Part shown: piece after piece, positions 10,514-21,555 of the stretch | Layout: each line of letters starts with the position of its first letter | Position numbering within the stretch: position 1 is the first letter of the stretch | Assembly: GCA_963806535.1 (NCBI GenBank) | Contig: CAWDYC010000005.1 | Coordinates: 256,001 to 320,000, forward strand | Direction: 5' to 3' | Length of the DNA: 64,000 nucleotides | DNA from: Candidatus Bathyarchaeota archaeon | GTDB lineage: Archaea > Thermoproteota > Bathyarchaeia > Bathyarchaeales > Bathycorpusculaceae | Notes under the pieces: model-generated | What the model saw: only the letters and a program-made list of their open reading frames with translations | Told to the model about the DNA's origin: nothing | The model's database searches: none | Program-made: the position numbers and the translations under genes

Positions 10514-13411
10514 ATGAGAGATAATATTTCAATTAAGGGAGCAAGGGAGCATAACCTCAAAAATATTGATGTTGAGTTGCCCAGAAACAAGTTTATAGTA
10601 ATTACTGGGCTTTCAGGCTCAGGAAAATCAACCCTTGCTTTTGACACCATTTATGCTGAAGGGCAACGGCGTTATGTTGAAAGTCTTTCTGCATATGCAC
10701 GACAGTTTCTCGGTTTAATGGACAAGCCCGATGTTGATTCAATTGACGGGTTATCACCAGCAATTAGTATTGAACAAAAAAGCACCAGCAAAAATCCCCG
10801 CTCAACCGTTGGAACAGTCACAGAAATATACGATTACCTCAGATTGCTCTTTGCACGTATAGGTACACATCACTGCCCCAAATGTGGCAGTTCCATTCAT
10901 CCTCAAAGTCCAGAAAACATTACCAGCTTAATAATGGTTGAAAAAGGAAAAACCCTCACTTTTCTCGCACCAATAATTCGTGGCATAAAAGGAACGCACG
11001 AACAGATTTTTGAAGACCTTAAAAAACAGGGCTACACCAAAATCAGGGTAGACCAGAAAATTTACGAGTCAGATTCTATCAAAGAAGAAGTTAAGCTTGT
11101 GCGTTATGAGAAACATTGGATTGAAGCGGTCATTGACACTGTATGCATTATTGATGATGAGCGTTCCCGCATTTCTGAAGCTGTCGAGCAAGCACTTAAA
11201 GTCGGCAAAGGAACCATGATAGTCATAGATGCTTCAAAAGCTTACACTGAAAAGAAGGAGCTTGAACGCTTCGAGGATGAAACCATGTTTAGTACTTTTG
11301 GAGCCTGTCCAAACCATCCCGAAATAGTTTTTGAAAGTCTCGAGCCGCGTATGTTTTCATTTAATTCGCCTTTTGGCGCTTGCCCAACCTGCCATGGCTT
11401 AGGCGAAATAACAGAAATCTCTGAAGACAAGGTTATTCCAGACAAAAACCTCTCCATTATGGATGGTGCATTAGCCGTTTACGGAAGTATGGACCTCAGC
11501 TGGCGGGCACAGCAGCTTGCAATGGTTGGCAAAAAACATGGTTTTGACATTTTTACTCCAATCAAAGATTTTACGGAACAACAAAAGCATGTGCTATTGT
11601 ATGGAGATCGGGAGCCTGTTAATGGTCAATGGTCCAACGGTGCAACTATGTGGATGCGTGACGGTTGGGAAGGCGTAATCCCACAAACAATGAGGCTTTA
11701 TCGGCAAACGGAGAGTCAATGGCGAAAAGAAGATATTGAAAACTATATGACGTCTAAGCCTTGCAATGTTTGCAACGGAAAAAAATTGCAGCCAGTTGTG
11801 CTTGCCGTAAAGATTTTGGATAAAAGCATTATTGATGCGACTGACTTGTCAATTGAGGAAGCAGTAAACTTCTTCTGTAATTTGCCTGCGCAACTTAACG
11901 AGAAAGAATTAGCAATTGCCAAACAAGTGCTTAAAGAAGTTAACGAGCGGCTTGGCTTTCTTAAAAATGTTGGTTTAGGTTATCTTTCGCTTTCTCGTGC
12001 GGCAAAAACGCTTTCCGGCGGTGAAGCTCAAAGAATCCGTTTAGCTACGCAAATTGGCAGCAACCTGATGGGTGTCCTTTACATTCTTGATGAACCAAGC
12101 ATCGGCTTACACCAAAGAGATAACACTAAACTGATAAGTACACTTCATCGCTTACGTGATCTGGGCAATACACTAATTGTTGTAGAGCATGATGAAGAAA
12201 CCATACGTAACGCCGACTATATCGTTGACATGGGACCAGGCGCAGGAGTTCACGGCGGACACATCGTTGCAGAAGGACCACCCGACGAAATAATGTTGAA
12301 CAAAAGAAGCCTCACAGGCAAATACCTTTCCGGCGAATTAAAAATTGAAGTCCCCGAAACAAGACGCAAACCAATTGGCTACATCACCGTAAAAGGGGCA
12401 CAGGAAAATAACCTGAAAAATCTTAACTTGCAACTACCACTCGGCGTCTTATGCGGAGTTACAGGTGTATCTGGCTCAGGCAAAAGCACATTGATGAACT
12501 TGACAGTTATTCCTGCATTGCACCAAAAGTTTGGCGAAGAAGCTGATAAAATCGGGAAACACGAATCAATCGACGTTCCCGAACTTGTTAGAAACGTTAT
12601 AGTTATCGATCAAGATCCCATTGGACGTACTCCCAGAAGCAACCCTGCAACCTACACTAAGCTTTTCGATGAGATAAGACGAATTTTTGCTTCAACCAAA
12701 GAAGCCAAAGCACGAGGCTACAAAGAAGGACGATTTAGCTTTAATGTGAAAGGCGGCAGATGCGAAACCTGCCAAGGCGACGGCGTTCTGCGAATTGAAA
12801 TGAACTTCCTTCCTGATGTGTATGTCCAATGTAGCGAATGCAAGGGCAAACGTTACAATAAAGAAACTCTCAGTATTCTTTTCAAAGGCAAAAACATTGC
12901 TGAAGTCCTCGACATGACGGTTGAAGAAGCGGCAAAGTTTTTCGAGAACACGCCTCGGATTTCACGCAAATTATCAACGCTATTGGACGTTGGGTTAGGC
13001 TACATTAAGCTGGGGCAGAGCTCCACTACCTTATCAGGTGGAGAAAGCCAACGTATCAAAATTACCCGTGAACTCAGCAAAAACAAGAAGGGCCACGTTG
13101 TTTACATGCTTGACGAACCAACCACTGGTCTACATTTTGATGACACTAAACGATTGATTAGAGTCCTGAATCGGCTGGTTGACAACGGCAACACCGTCTA
13201 CATAATCGAGCACAACTTAGACGTCATTAAAAGCTGTGACTATCTTGTTGATTTGGGTCCTGAAGGCGGTGCTGCAGGAGGCGAGTTGCTAGCTCAAGGA
13301 ACACCTGAAGAAGTTACACAAAATGACGCTTCTTACACTGGCACGTTTTTAAAGAAAATACTTAATCACTCTCCAGAAGAAACTATTTTGGCAGTGAAGC
13401 AGACTGCATGA
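10514..13411 (+). CDS. uvrA: Excinuclease ABC subunit A
   Basis: Two Walker A ([16 protein letters not shown]), two LSGGE signatures, Zn fingers. Confidence 0.98.
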   Translation: MRDNISIKGAREHNLKNIDVELPRNKFIVITGLSGSGKSTLAFDTIYAEGQRRYVESLSAYARQFLGLMDKPDVDSIDGLSPAISIEQKSTSKNPRSTVGTVTEIYDYLRLLFARIGTHHCPKCGSSIHPQSPENITSLIMVEKGKTLTFLAPIIRGIKGTHEQIFEDLKKQGYTKIRVDQKIYESDSIKEEVKLVRYEKHWIEAVIDTVCIIDDERSRISEAVEQALKVGKGTMIVIDASKAYTEKKELERFEDETMFSTFGACPNHPEIVFESLEPRMFSFNSPFGACPTCHGLGEITEISEDKVIPDKNLSIMDGALAVYGSMDLSWRAQQLAMVGKKHGFDIFTPIKDFTEQQKHVLLYGDREPVNGQWSNGATMWMRDGWEGVIPQTMRLYRQTESQWRKEDIENYMTSKPCNVCNGKKLQPVVLAVKILDKSIIDATDLSIEEAVNFFCNLPAQLNEKELAIAKQVLKEVNERLGFLKNVGLGYLSLSRAAKTLSGGEAQRIRLATQIGSNLMGVLYILDEPSIGLHQRDNTKLISTLHRLRDLGNTLIVVEHDEETIRNADYIVDMGPGAGVHGGHIVAEGPPDEIMLNKRSLTGKYLSGELKIEVPETRRKPIGYITVKGAQENNLKNLNLQLPLGVLCGVTGVSGSGKSTLMNLTVIPALHQKFGEEADKIGKHESIDVPELVRNVIVIDQDPIGRTPRSNPATYTKLFDEIRRIFASTKEAKARGYKEGRFSFNVKGGRCETCQGDGVLRIEMNFLPDVYVQCSECKGKRYNKETLSILFKGKNIAEVLDMTVEEAAKFFENTPRISRKLSTLLDVGLGYIKLGQSSTTLSGGESQRIKITRELSKNKKGHVVYMLDEPTTGLHFDDTKRLIRVLNRLVDNGNTVYIIEHNLDVIKSCDYLVDLGPEGGAAGGELLAQGTPEEVTQNDASYTGTFLKKILNHSPEETILAVKQTA

Positions 13412-15025
13412 TCAAAATAACGGGTCCTCAAGACTTTAAGAGTCAAGATATTCCGACCAATCCCGGCGTCTACTTGTACAAAGATGAAGCGGGCGAAATC
13501 CTTTACGTTGGCAAAGCTAAAAGCCTTCGTCCACGAGTCAAAAGCTATTTTGCGAATACTGATCAGCCAGCGAAAACAAGGCAGCTTGTGCTGCACATTA
13601 GAAATATAGATTGGATTGTTGTTAACAACGAAGTTGAAGCACTTCTTTTAGAAAACAAATTGGTCAAGCAGCATACGCCAAAATATAATATTGATCTTAA
13701 AGACGCTAAAACGTTCGCTTATATCTCTCTGACGAGAGAGCCCTATCCTCGAATTCTTACTAGTCGCAAAGTCTCGCGTAAGCTCGAATCGTTTGGGCCA
13801 TACACTGAAGGCTTCATACGACAGGATCTTCAACGTTTGGTAGTGCGAGTCTTCAAGCTGCGCACATGCAAAACCATGCATAAACGTGCCTGCCTTAACT
13901 TTCACATTCATACTTGCACAGCTCCATGCATCGGCAGCGTCACGCTTGAACAATATACTGAGCAGGTGAAGCGGGCACGTTCTCTTTTAAATGGCAACTA
14001 CCAACAAATTATCGAGGAACTTAATTCTCAAATGCATAATGCCTCTTCACAGGGGAAATATGAAGAAGCTCTTGATCTTCGCAACCAAATTGCATCTATC
14101 AGGCTTCTGAACCAACATCAAATCGTTGACAACTGAAAGACGTTTTGACCAAGATATCATGGCCTTTAAGCAGGTGGGCGAGAAAATGTTGGCTGTTCAG
14201 ATGGGTGTGCGAAAAGGTGTATTGCGTGGAAAAACCCAATTTGCCGTCGATTTACAGCCTCAAGTTGAACAAGAATTTCTCAAAGCTTATTATGCAACGA
14301 ATCAAATACCCCGTGAAATACTTCTAAACAAACCTTGCTGGCAGGAAGCTGAAGAGAAAAAAGCTCTTGAAGAGTTTCTCTCCACAAAGCGAAATGGGCC
14401 TGTTTCATTGACGATTCCTAGACGAGCTGATAAATTGGCGCTTGTGCAGTTGGCTGAGAAAAACTTGGAATCCACTTTAGAAGTTGACAGTGCCCTTGTG
14501 GATTTACAATCAGCGCTACAGCTTCCGGTGTTGCCTCGCGTGATAGAGTCTTTTGACATTTCCAATTTGGGTCAGGAACATGTGGTTTCTGGCATGGTCA
14601 CCTTCAGAGATGCGAAGCCTGACAAGAAAAACTATCGTAAATTTAAAATCAAAACTTTTGCGGGGCAAGATGACTTTGCCTCGATGAATGAGGTTGTTTC
14701 GCGAAGGTACAAGCGTTTAGTTGAAGAGAAAAGCCCACTGCCCGATTTAGTGATGATTGATGGTGGTCCAGGGCAGGTGAGCGCTGCAAAGTCAGCACTT
14801 AATAGTCTGGGATTGAAAATTCCGCTGATCGGTTTAGCTAAGGAGCATGAAGAAATTTATTTGCCCGATGATCCTGTACCAAAAAGCTTTGACAAGAACA
14901 GTCGAATGATGTTACTGCTGAGGAAAATCCGCGATGCGACCCATGACTTTTCGCTGAGTTACAACCGTAAGAGAAGGCAGATGAAAATCCGCGAAGAATT
15001 TGTCAAAACACAAAAACCTGATTAA
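13408..15025 (+). CDS. uvrC: Excinuclease ABC subunit C (frameshift near 14132)
   Basis: GIY-YIG PGVYLY..YVGKAK, Cys-rich region, UVR domain; second frame ESFDISN, DDFASM, IDGGPGQ, IRDATH. Confidence 0.95.
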
Positions 15026-15100
15026 ATAAATCATTGCAAACTTCTGATGAAATCATGGGGGAATTTAACCGAGCCCGAAATGTAGCCATTTTTTTCTTTG

Positions 15101-15190
15101 GTTTATTGACTTTTCTTGACGATTTTTGACGAATTATGACGCGTAGTGACGGGTAGTGACTTTTGGTGACGCGTAGTGACTTATAGTGAC
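15101..15190. repeat. Nine-unit degenerate tandem array, TGAC core at exact 10-bp period
   Basis: gtttatTGAC ttttctTGAC gattttTGAC gaattaTGAC gcgtagTGAC gggtagTGAC ttttggTGAC gcgtagTGAC ttatagTGAC. Confidence 0.9.
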
Positions 15191-15580
15191 GCAGCCCGCA
15201 TAGAAATCACAATCTGAACCAAAAAAGCAACTGGGTACAAACTGGAAAGATTTTGCGTGGAAAATACCATCTAACCTTATCTCTCGATGAAAATTATAAT
15301 TTATAAATGTCAAAAAATGTCTCAACCTGCAAACGCAGCAGCCCCAACCAAGAAAGCAATATAAAACACAAAGAACTTCCTTTTTCTTCCAGATTCTTCC
15401 AGATTTTTCCATTTTCCTACATTTAAAGACGCAACCTGCAAACAAAACAAAGCCTAAATCAAAAAAGCAATTTAAATCAGACTTATCACGATATGGGGGT
15501 ATTCCAGCAATCAAAACCAAAACTGTTTGTTCCTATATAGAAACTAAATTGTTCATTTAATAAGTTCAATATTCAATTTA

Positions 15581-16423
15581 GTGGCTGAGAAAACTTTGCT
15601 AGACATGTTATCACTGCTCTTAATTTCTATCGCTGTTGGATTATTAGGTTCCCTAACTGGTCTAGGCGGTGCAAGCATCCTAACTCCCATACTGGTTTTG
15701 CTCGGCATCCCAGTTAAAGAGGCAGTGGCATGCGGTATGGTTGCCATAATCGCTACATCGAGTGGTTCAGCATCATCCTTTGTCAAAGAAAAAATCGCAA
15801 ACATCAAACTGGCTATGTACCTTGAAATGTTCACAATAATCGGCGCCATTGCAGGGGCAACAATAACGGTGATAATTGCACCAATTTTCCTCTATTTCCT
15901 CTTCGCTGCTTTTCTACTAACTTCTTTTTTCAAAGTCAGAAGCTCATTTAAACCGTACACGCCTCCGGAAAAACAAGACAGAATTTCACGGTGGCTAGGC
16001 CTTGAAGGAAGCTATTATGATGAATCAACAAAACAAATAATCAAGTACAGATGCACAAACTCGCTATTGGGCGGCTTAGGCATGTTTGTGGCTGGACTTG
16101 CCGCGGGTATGTTGGGGATAGGCGCAGGAGCATTCAAAGTCATCGTACACGAGAAAGTTCTCAAAATGCCTGCCAAAGTGTCAAGCGCTACAAGCACCTT
16201 CATTATAGGCATGACTGCATTGGCAGGTGTAAGCGTTTATCTTTTTTCTGGCCTTCTAAATGTGACTTTGATGGCGCCAATGGCGGTAGGTGTAACAATC
16301 GGGGCAGTGGCTGGCGGAAGAGTGTTAAATAAAATACGTGACAGAAACCTCAGAATATTGTTCCTCATAGTTGTTACTTTGCTAATTATTCAGATGCTCT
16401 TCAAAGGAGTAAGCGCCCTATGA
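15581..16423 (+). CDS. TauE/SafE (TSUP) family transporter
   Basis: GSLTGLGGA and AGMLGIGAG glycine repeats, SSATSTF, about 8 TMs. Confidence 0.88.
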   Translation: MAEKTLLDMLSLLLISIAVGLLGSLTGLGGASILTPILVLLGIPVKEAVACGMVAIIATSSGSASSFVKEKIANIKLAMYLEMFTIIGAIAGATITVIIAPIFLYFLFAAFLLTSFFKVRSSFKPYTPPEKQDRISRWLGLEGSYYDESTKQIIKYRCTNSLLGGLGMFVAGLAAGMLGIGAGAFKVIVHEKVLKMPAKVSSATSTFIIGMTALAGVSVYLFSGLLNVTLMAPMAVGVTIGAVAGGRVLNKIRDRNLRILFLIVVTLLIIQMLFKGVSAL

Positions 16424-16812
16424 CTGCACCGGTTTTAGGTAGCGGCGAATCAAAATTGGAAACAATCATAAGCTACGTACTAATAATCGGCGTTGTAGTC
16501 AGCGTAGCATTCGAAGTCGTTGGCATAGCGCTCTTCTACGGAACATATGGCAATCTGCAGATTTCACAAGACAAAAGCGTGTTTATTAGTGGACAAAACT
16601 TTTTTGCCTTCATAATTGACCAGATTCGACACTTGTTCGGTTCCCAAAACGCTCTGTCGTTCATAATAATAGGGTTGATTATCCTGATTTTAACGCCTTA
16701 CATTCGGGCAATAACTTCCGCCCTTTATTTCGCCTGGGAAAAACACTACAAATACGTTTTGATAACGCTTTTTGTACTCATCGTGTTGACTGCAAGTTTG
16801 GCTCTGCATTAA
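16420..16812 (+). CDS. DUF1634-like membrane protein
   Basis: LETIISYVLIIGV...LILTPYIR motif, overlaps TSUP stop (ATGA), usual TSUP partner. Confidence 0.75.
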   Translation: MTAPVLGSGESKLETIISYVLIIGVVVSVAFEVVGIALFYGTYGNLQISQDKSVFISGQNFFAFIIDQIRHLFGSQNALSFIIIGLIILILTPYIRAITSALYFAWEKHYKYVLITLFVLIVLTASLALH

Positions 16813-16829
16813 CCGAGGAGGCATTTCGT

Positions 16830-17410
16830 TTATTCTTTTACTAATTTGTAACCTATTTTCGTTCCTAATCCATATTCAAAAGCTAAGTTAATTATCAACA
16901 TTCCCATGGCTTCCAGATATCGTGCTGCCTTCAACGGTCCACAATCAACTGGGATCAAAACCAATGTCTCGAGTTAATTGAGCTACAATCTGTTTAGCTT
17001 TCAAATCATCGCCCGCAATGAATGCAGAAATTTGTTCCTTGCCAACTTTGCCGGTGCTCTGATTTCTTGCAAAGACGGTGTTAAACGCTTTAACCACGTG
17101 GGCTTTAGGCAGTTTTTTCTGTGTCTCTTCAGCCGAAGAGGTGGTGCAACTTATTGCCTAAATTCCCATTTGCCCCAACTGCGTTAATAACATCAATTAC
17201 TATTTTTCCGTCTGCGTACGGTCTTATTTCTTCGATTGCATCGTTTGCATTTTCGTGTGGTACAGCAAGAATTATTACTTCACCCCATTTTGCTGCATCA
17301 GCAACTGGTTCTGCAGGGTCTCGGTGACCAAACTTTGTTTCATGTTTGCCGGTTAAGCCGTTGAATAATGCTGTGCCGACGTTGCCTTTTCCTATGATTG
17401 CAATTTTCAT
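16830..17410 (-). CDS. NADP oxidoreductase, F420-dependent family (several frameshifts)
   Basis: MKIAIIGKGNVG Rossmann start, VILAVP, IDVIN; downstream frames give VVKAFN and VDCGPLKAARYLE...GYKLVKE stop at 16830. Confidence 0.82.
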
Positions 17411-17623
17411 AATTTAGCCTCAATTAATCAGCGTTATCTGGGTTCATTAGAAGTTGTGACTGCATAATGCCTACAACAAACCTTTCTATTAGAAACACGG
17501 GGGTGCAATCAGCTTTGCTGCTAAACGCATTGCATACGTCGCAATAAAGAAGTTCAAACTTCACAGCTTGAAAGGAATTATGTTTATTATAAATAAATTA
17601 TGAAATTAGGCATAATACATTGA

Positions 17624-18064
17624 TTAGGTTGCGTGAAGCCAACCACGTCGGCTTTTCTTTGATTGAATAGGTGCCAACTTATTCGGAGCTTCTCGCAAAG
17701 GTCGATTGCTTCTTTGCGGCTTCTGAGTGTTGATGTGGGTTTTTACGAACTGATTCCAGCCTCCCACATTGACATTTGGTTGAATAAAACGGTCTGGTTG
17801 CTCAATCAAGTGCTTTTCCAAAATTTCCTTAAAGTTTAATACTTTAAAATCTCTTGTCGCAGTAATGACTGTGCCTCTTTCAACATTCAAGATTTCGTAA
17901 TCTTTTTCTGAAACTCCTTCAGCTCTCACTTTATCGTTAAAGCGTTCGTTCCATAAAAGCTTCCATTGAACCTTAAGCGTTTCAACTAATTCTTTCTGTG
18001 CTTTAATTTTGTTTTCAGGTGAGCTGTTGCCAAGGATTTTGCGTGGTTCGTTAGTAACTTGCAA
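17624..18064 (-). CDS. Hypothetical protein
   Basis: 146-aa ORF with protein-like composition and basic C-terminus; family not recognised. Confidence 0.6.
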   Translation of the reverse strand: MQVTNEPRKILGNSSPENKIKAQKELVETLKVQWKLLWNERFNDKVRAEGVSEKDYEILNVERGTVITATRDFKVLNFKEILEKHLIEQPDRFIQPNVNVGGWNQFVKTHINTQKPQRSNRPLREAPNKLAPIQSKKSRRGWLHAT

Positions 18065-18731
18065 CTCTTTTCACGTCTCTTGACTCACCATGTTTGTTTC
18101 TGGTATTTAACAATTATTCTATAAAACACATATGTTTTTCCATAACTATATGAAAATAAGTTTCGTTATCTTAAAAGTTCAAAAATATATTCAATTTTTC
18201 TAAAAATGTGAGAAAAAGATAATTTAGTTGAGTTTTACTAATCTCATAAAGAGATCAATTGTACGGGTAAACCTGTCATAAGCTTCTTTTTGTTGAAGTA
18301 AAATCTACCCACTTTTCCGATTTGAGTTCTAGTTTTTGTCTACTAAGGAAATAATGGAAGCACTTTGGGATGGCTTAGTTAGCATGAAATCTGAAAGGTG
18401 TCTAATCTTGTGTCACAGACTTAGCACCTAAAAAAGATGTTATTTCAGTTACACAATCTTGGTAACTCGAAAGTTAAACCTATAGTTGCAAAATTTATTA
18501 GTTGTGGACTCAATAGCGGAAAAAGACTTCACAAGCTTCCAGCATTATTAACCCCGCCTTCCGCTTCATCGTACCTCGATTTTCTCATCGTCCAAGCCAA
18601 TAGAAAAATCAGCGAAACTTATTTGCATTTAGCTTCTAGATTTGAAAACACAACATCAAATTCAAAGCTTGATTAAACCGTTATTTTTAAAAAATGAGGT
18701 TTCAATAAAGAAAAGATTGGAGAGCTCTATC

Positions 18732-18956
18732 TTAGTAGGGCTCTTTTTTACCGGTCATGTATGCCCAAGCGCCGACTATTGCAATTGTTATGACTGCACC
18801 GGCAAAGCCTGAGATCAAGAAGCTTGTCATTCCACCGAGCAACGGCAGAACGGAGACCATCCACGGGATAAAGTAGACTGCTGTGAGTTGTGCTATGATG
18901 CCTGCTACGAAGCCTAAAAGAGCTATTAAACCAAATACTTTCAACCTGCTATTCAT
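18732..18956 (-). CDS. Small two-TM membrane protein divergent from cdv operon
   Basis: 74 aa, two hydrophobic helices, AGGTGA RBS upstream. Confidence 0.75.
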   Translation of the reverse strand: MNSRLKVFGLIALLGFVAGIIAQLTAVYFIPWMVSVLPLLGGMTSFLISGFAGAVITIAIVGAWAYMTGKKEPY

Positions 18957-19182
18957 TCACTTCACCTTTTTGGTTTTAGATTGCTCCGCGTTTCTTTTTA
19001 GTCTTAGATACAAATTTCTGTCTAAACAGATTAGCGCTCGCATCATGTTTAACTATAAAAGTTAAAGCACAATGGACATTTTTTGATGCGTGTATAGCCC
19101 TACGTATATACGTGCATATTTTGATCATATTAACAATGTATAAGATTGTTTTTTGCATCTTGACATTCAAGAGGTAATCAAA

Positions 19183-19842
19183 TTGTCAGAAAGATTTGCA
19201 AAAAAGTGGGAAAGTAAACGGGAAGATGAGCCATTCCAAAACCGCATTAAAGACGCAGTAAAACCACCAGGACCACTAAAACCACGACTTGACTTTGCTG
19301 TTAGACGCATTGAGCTTCAAGTACAGAAGCTTGACCAAGCAACAGACAGATTCGGCCAAAGAGACAAAGCAATCTTCGCACGCATAGTCGATGCATATGC
19401 AAAACATGACAGCGCACGCGCAAATGTTTTCGCCAACGAACTTGCTGAAGTAAGAAAAATGTCAAAGTTAATAATGAATGCCAAACTTGCATTAGAACAA
19501 ATTACTTTAAGATTACGAACAGTTTCAGAACTAGGCGACGTAGTTTCAACCTTAGGTCCAGCCGTCGGTGTTCTACGTTCAGTCAGATCAGGCTTAGTTA
19601 GCGTGTTTCCAGAAGCAGAAAGTGAACTAGGCGAAATCGGCAACATGCTCAGCGGAATAATGATTGAAGCAGGCCAAGGCAGCGGAATGACATTGAACTT
19701 TGACTCAGTAAACGAGGATGCATCAAAGATTCTTGCAGAAGCAGCAACAGTTGCAGAGCAAAAGATCAAAGACAAATTCCCAGATCTGCCCCCAGGAATG
19801 CCGGCAGCCCCACAATCAGAAAAATCAACACAAAGTTTCTAA
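19183..19842 (+). CDS. ESCRT-III/Snf7 protein, CdvB1/B2-like (no winged helix)
   Basis: RANVFANELAEVRK...LEQITLRLRT helical core; C-terminal FPDLPP MIM2-like; GAGGT RBS before TTG 19183. Confidence 0.88.
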   Translation: MSERFAKKWESKREDEPFQNRIKDAVKPPGPLKPRLDFAVRRIELQVQKLDQATDRFGQRDKAIFARIVDAYAKHDSARANVFANELAEVRKMSKLIMNAKLALEQITLRLRTVSELGDVVSTLGPAVGVLRSVRSGLVSVFPEAESELGEIGNMLSGIMIEAGQGSGMTLNFDSVNEDASKILAEAATVAEQKIKDKFPDLPPGMPAAPQSEKSTQSF

Positions 19843-19863
19843 AATAGGAGGATAAAACACAAA

Positions 19864-20592
19864 ATGTCTAACTCCAATCTTTTTCTTTATATTGGTAAAC
19901 CAATAAAGAACGAATATGGACGAATAATTGGTAAAGTTGCTTCTTTCGCATTAACTCCCGATGGGAAATTTGACGCTGTATATATGGAATTTGGTGATGG
20001 CCAATTCACAAAACAGCCCATGGAAAACTTACGATTTAATGGTTCTGAAGTCACATTTGTAACAAAAATTAAATCTCAAGCAGGCACGCTTTGTGACCAT
20101 ATCCCATTAATTTGGCGCAAAGACGAAGCCCTCAAAGACTTGCTTGACAAGAAAAAAATTGCTCCAGAAGTTTTCCAGGATCTTCACCAAAGCTTCGGAA
20201 CTGTCTTAGTACAGCTCAAAAAGGACGCTCAAGTAATCATAGATGAATCCGCAGTAGAAATTGAACGCTGCCGAGAAGAAATAACCTCGCTGAGCTATGC
20301 CATTGCTAACTTGGAAATTGAACATGAAATTGGAAAAGTCGATGAAGAAACCTACAAATCTGCTTTCGCATTGCTTCAAGAAACTCTCAAACGTGCATCT
20401 TCAGAAAAAACAGATTATGAATTGACCAAAAGCAAACTCGCAAGTGTACTGCTCGGCGATCAATCACAGAATACATTGAAATCCACAAAAACCTATGCAG
20501 AACACGTCAATAACAACAATGATGCAGCATCTAAACTTCCAGAACCCCCCGTTGTTGTCTACGTGAAAGAAATTGGGAAAGCAGGCATCTAA
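19864..20592 (+). CDS. cdvA: Cell division protein CdvA
   Basis: N-terminal PRC barrel IGKPIKNEYGRIIGKV, coiled coil, LEIEHEIG, C-terminal PVVVYVK ESCRT-III-binding-like strand. Confidence 0.88.
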   Translation: MSNSNLFLYIGKPIKNEYGRIIGKVASFALTPDGKFDAVYMEFGDGQFTKQPMENLRFNGSEVTFVTKIKSQAGTLCDHIPLIWRKDEALKDLLDKKKIAPEVFQDLHQSFGTVLVQLKKDAQVIIDESAVEIERCREEITSLSYAIANLEIEHEIGKVDEETYKSAFALLQETLKRASSEKTDYELTKSKLASVLLGDQSQNTLKSTKTYAEHVNNNNDAASKLPEPPVVVYVKEIGKAGI

Positions 20593-20634
20593 TCGGACCG
20601 AAGAGCGGAATCATACACTGTGGAGGGATAAGGT

Positions 20635-21528
20635 ATCAAAGTATTAAGTAACCCCACCCCCCCACCTATCCGTGAAGTTGCCAACAAATCTATTATGACT
20701 CTTAAAATTCAACAAAACAAATTAGAACAGGCAAGTTATCGTTTAAAAGAAAGAGACCGCATACTTTTTGAAACTTGCATGGGCGCATTAAAAAAGAATA
20801 ACCGTGAAAAAGCGGCGATGTGCGCCACTGAACTTGCAGAAGTTCGAAAACTTGTAAAATTTCTCTACAACGTCCAATTAGCAATTGAACGCGTAGTTCT
20901 TCGTTTAGAAACAATAAAGGAACTTGGTGACATAGTCGCTGACTTGAAGCCCGCGTTGAAGTTGCTTCAGGGCGTTTCACAAGAGCTATTTCAGGTGTTG
21001 CCTGATGTTAGCTCAGAACTAAATAATGTTAACGCAACAATCCAAGAGACTCTTCACGCAACAAAGATTACAGCCGATGAAGAAATAATTCCAGTCGGCA
21101 AGAAAACTGAAGGCGGCGAAGAAATCCTCAAAGAAGTCACATGTTTCATGCAGCAAAAACTGACTGAAACTCTTCCAGAGCCACCTCTGGGGACGCCTGT
21201 GAAGGAGAAAACACCTATCAAAGAGCTTGTTGCTTTAACTGCTACTTCTTCACAAATGATTGGGCATAAAACCACAGAGGAAACTGGGTTTGATCCATCA
21301 AACGCTGTTTTCTCATACAAGAAGTCTGAGATTAAGGAGTTCTCACTAAAGGTTCAGAAGCCATGTTTAGAAGATGTGCTTTTGGAATATGTCCGTAAAA
21401 CTAACGGTGAAATCGATTTAAGTCGTTGTTCAACTGAACTTCAAACTTCTAATGAAGAAATTGAGCGTGCCCTGGAGAGCTTGGGAACTAAGGGTAGAAT
21501 AAAAATTGAGTTAAAGTCACCTGAATAA
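20635..21528 (+). CDS. cdvB: ESCRT-III CdvB with C-terminal winged helix (first ATG 20695; frame open from 20632)
   Basis: Snf7 core CATELAEVRK...IERVVLRLETI, LPEPP MIM2-like, C-terminal wH LLEYVRKTNGEIDL...GRIKI. Confidence 0.85.
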   Translation: MKVLSNPTPPPIREVANKSIMTLKIQQNKLEQASYRLKERDRILFETCMGALKKNNREKAAMCATELAEVRKLVKFLYNVQLAIERVVLRLETIKELGDIVADLKPALKLLQGVSQELFQVLPDVSSELNNVNATIQETLHATKITADEEIIPVGKKTEGGEEILKEVTCFMQQKLTETLPEPPLGTPVKEKTPIKELVALTATSSQMIGHKTTEETGFDPSNAVFSYKKSEIKEFSLKVQKPCLEDVLLEYVRKTNGEIDLSRCSTELQTSNEEIERALESLGTKGRIKIELKSPE

Positions 21529-21555
21529 GAGAAAGGAGAAGTAGGAGAGAAAAAA

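Noticed and set aside
15047-15080. Second C/D sRNA (TGATGA...CCGA)
   Set aside because: No C' or terminal D box at suitable spacing
15101-15190. CRISPR array or coding repeat (ORF 15134-15520)
   Set aside because: Units are only 10 bp with no spacers or cas genes; the overlapping ORF has implausible composition
15230-15510. Replication origin with ORB boxes (several TTCCAG/CTGGAA)
   Set aside because: Only short partial matches, no G-string and no cdc6/orc1 in the window
18437-18676. 79-aa ORF and the many short antisense ORFs in the track
   Set aside because: No RBS or motifs; most are shadows of well-supported genes on the other strand
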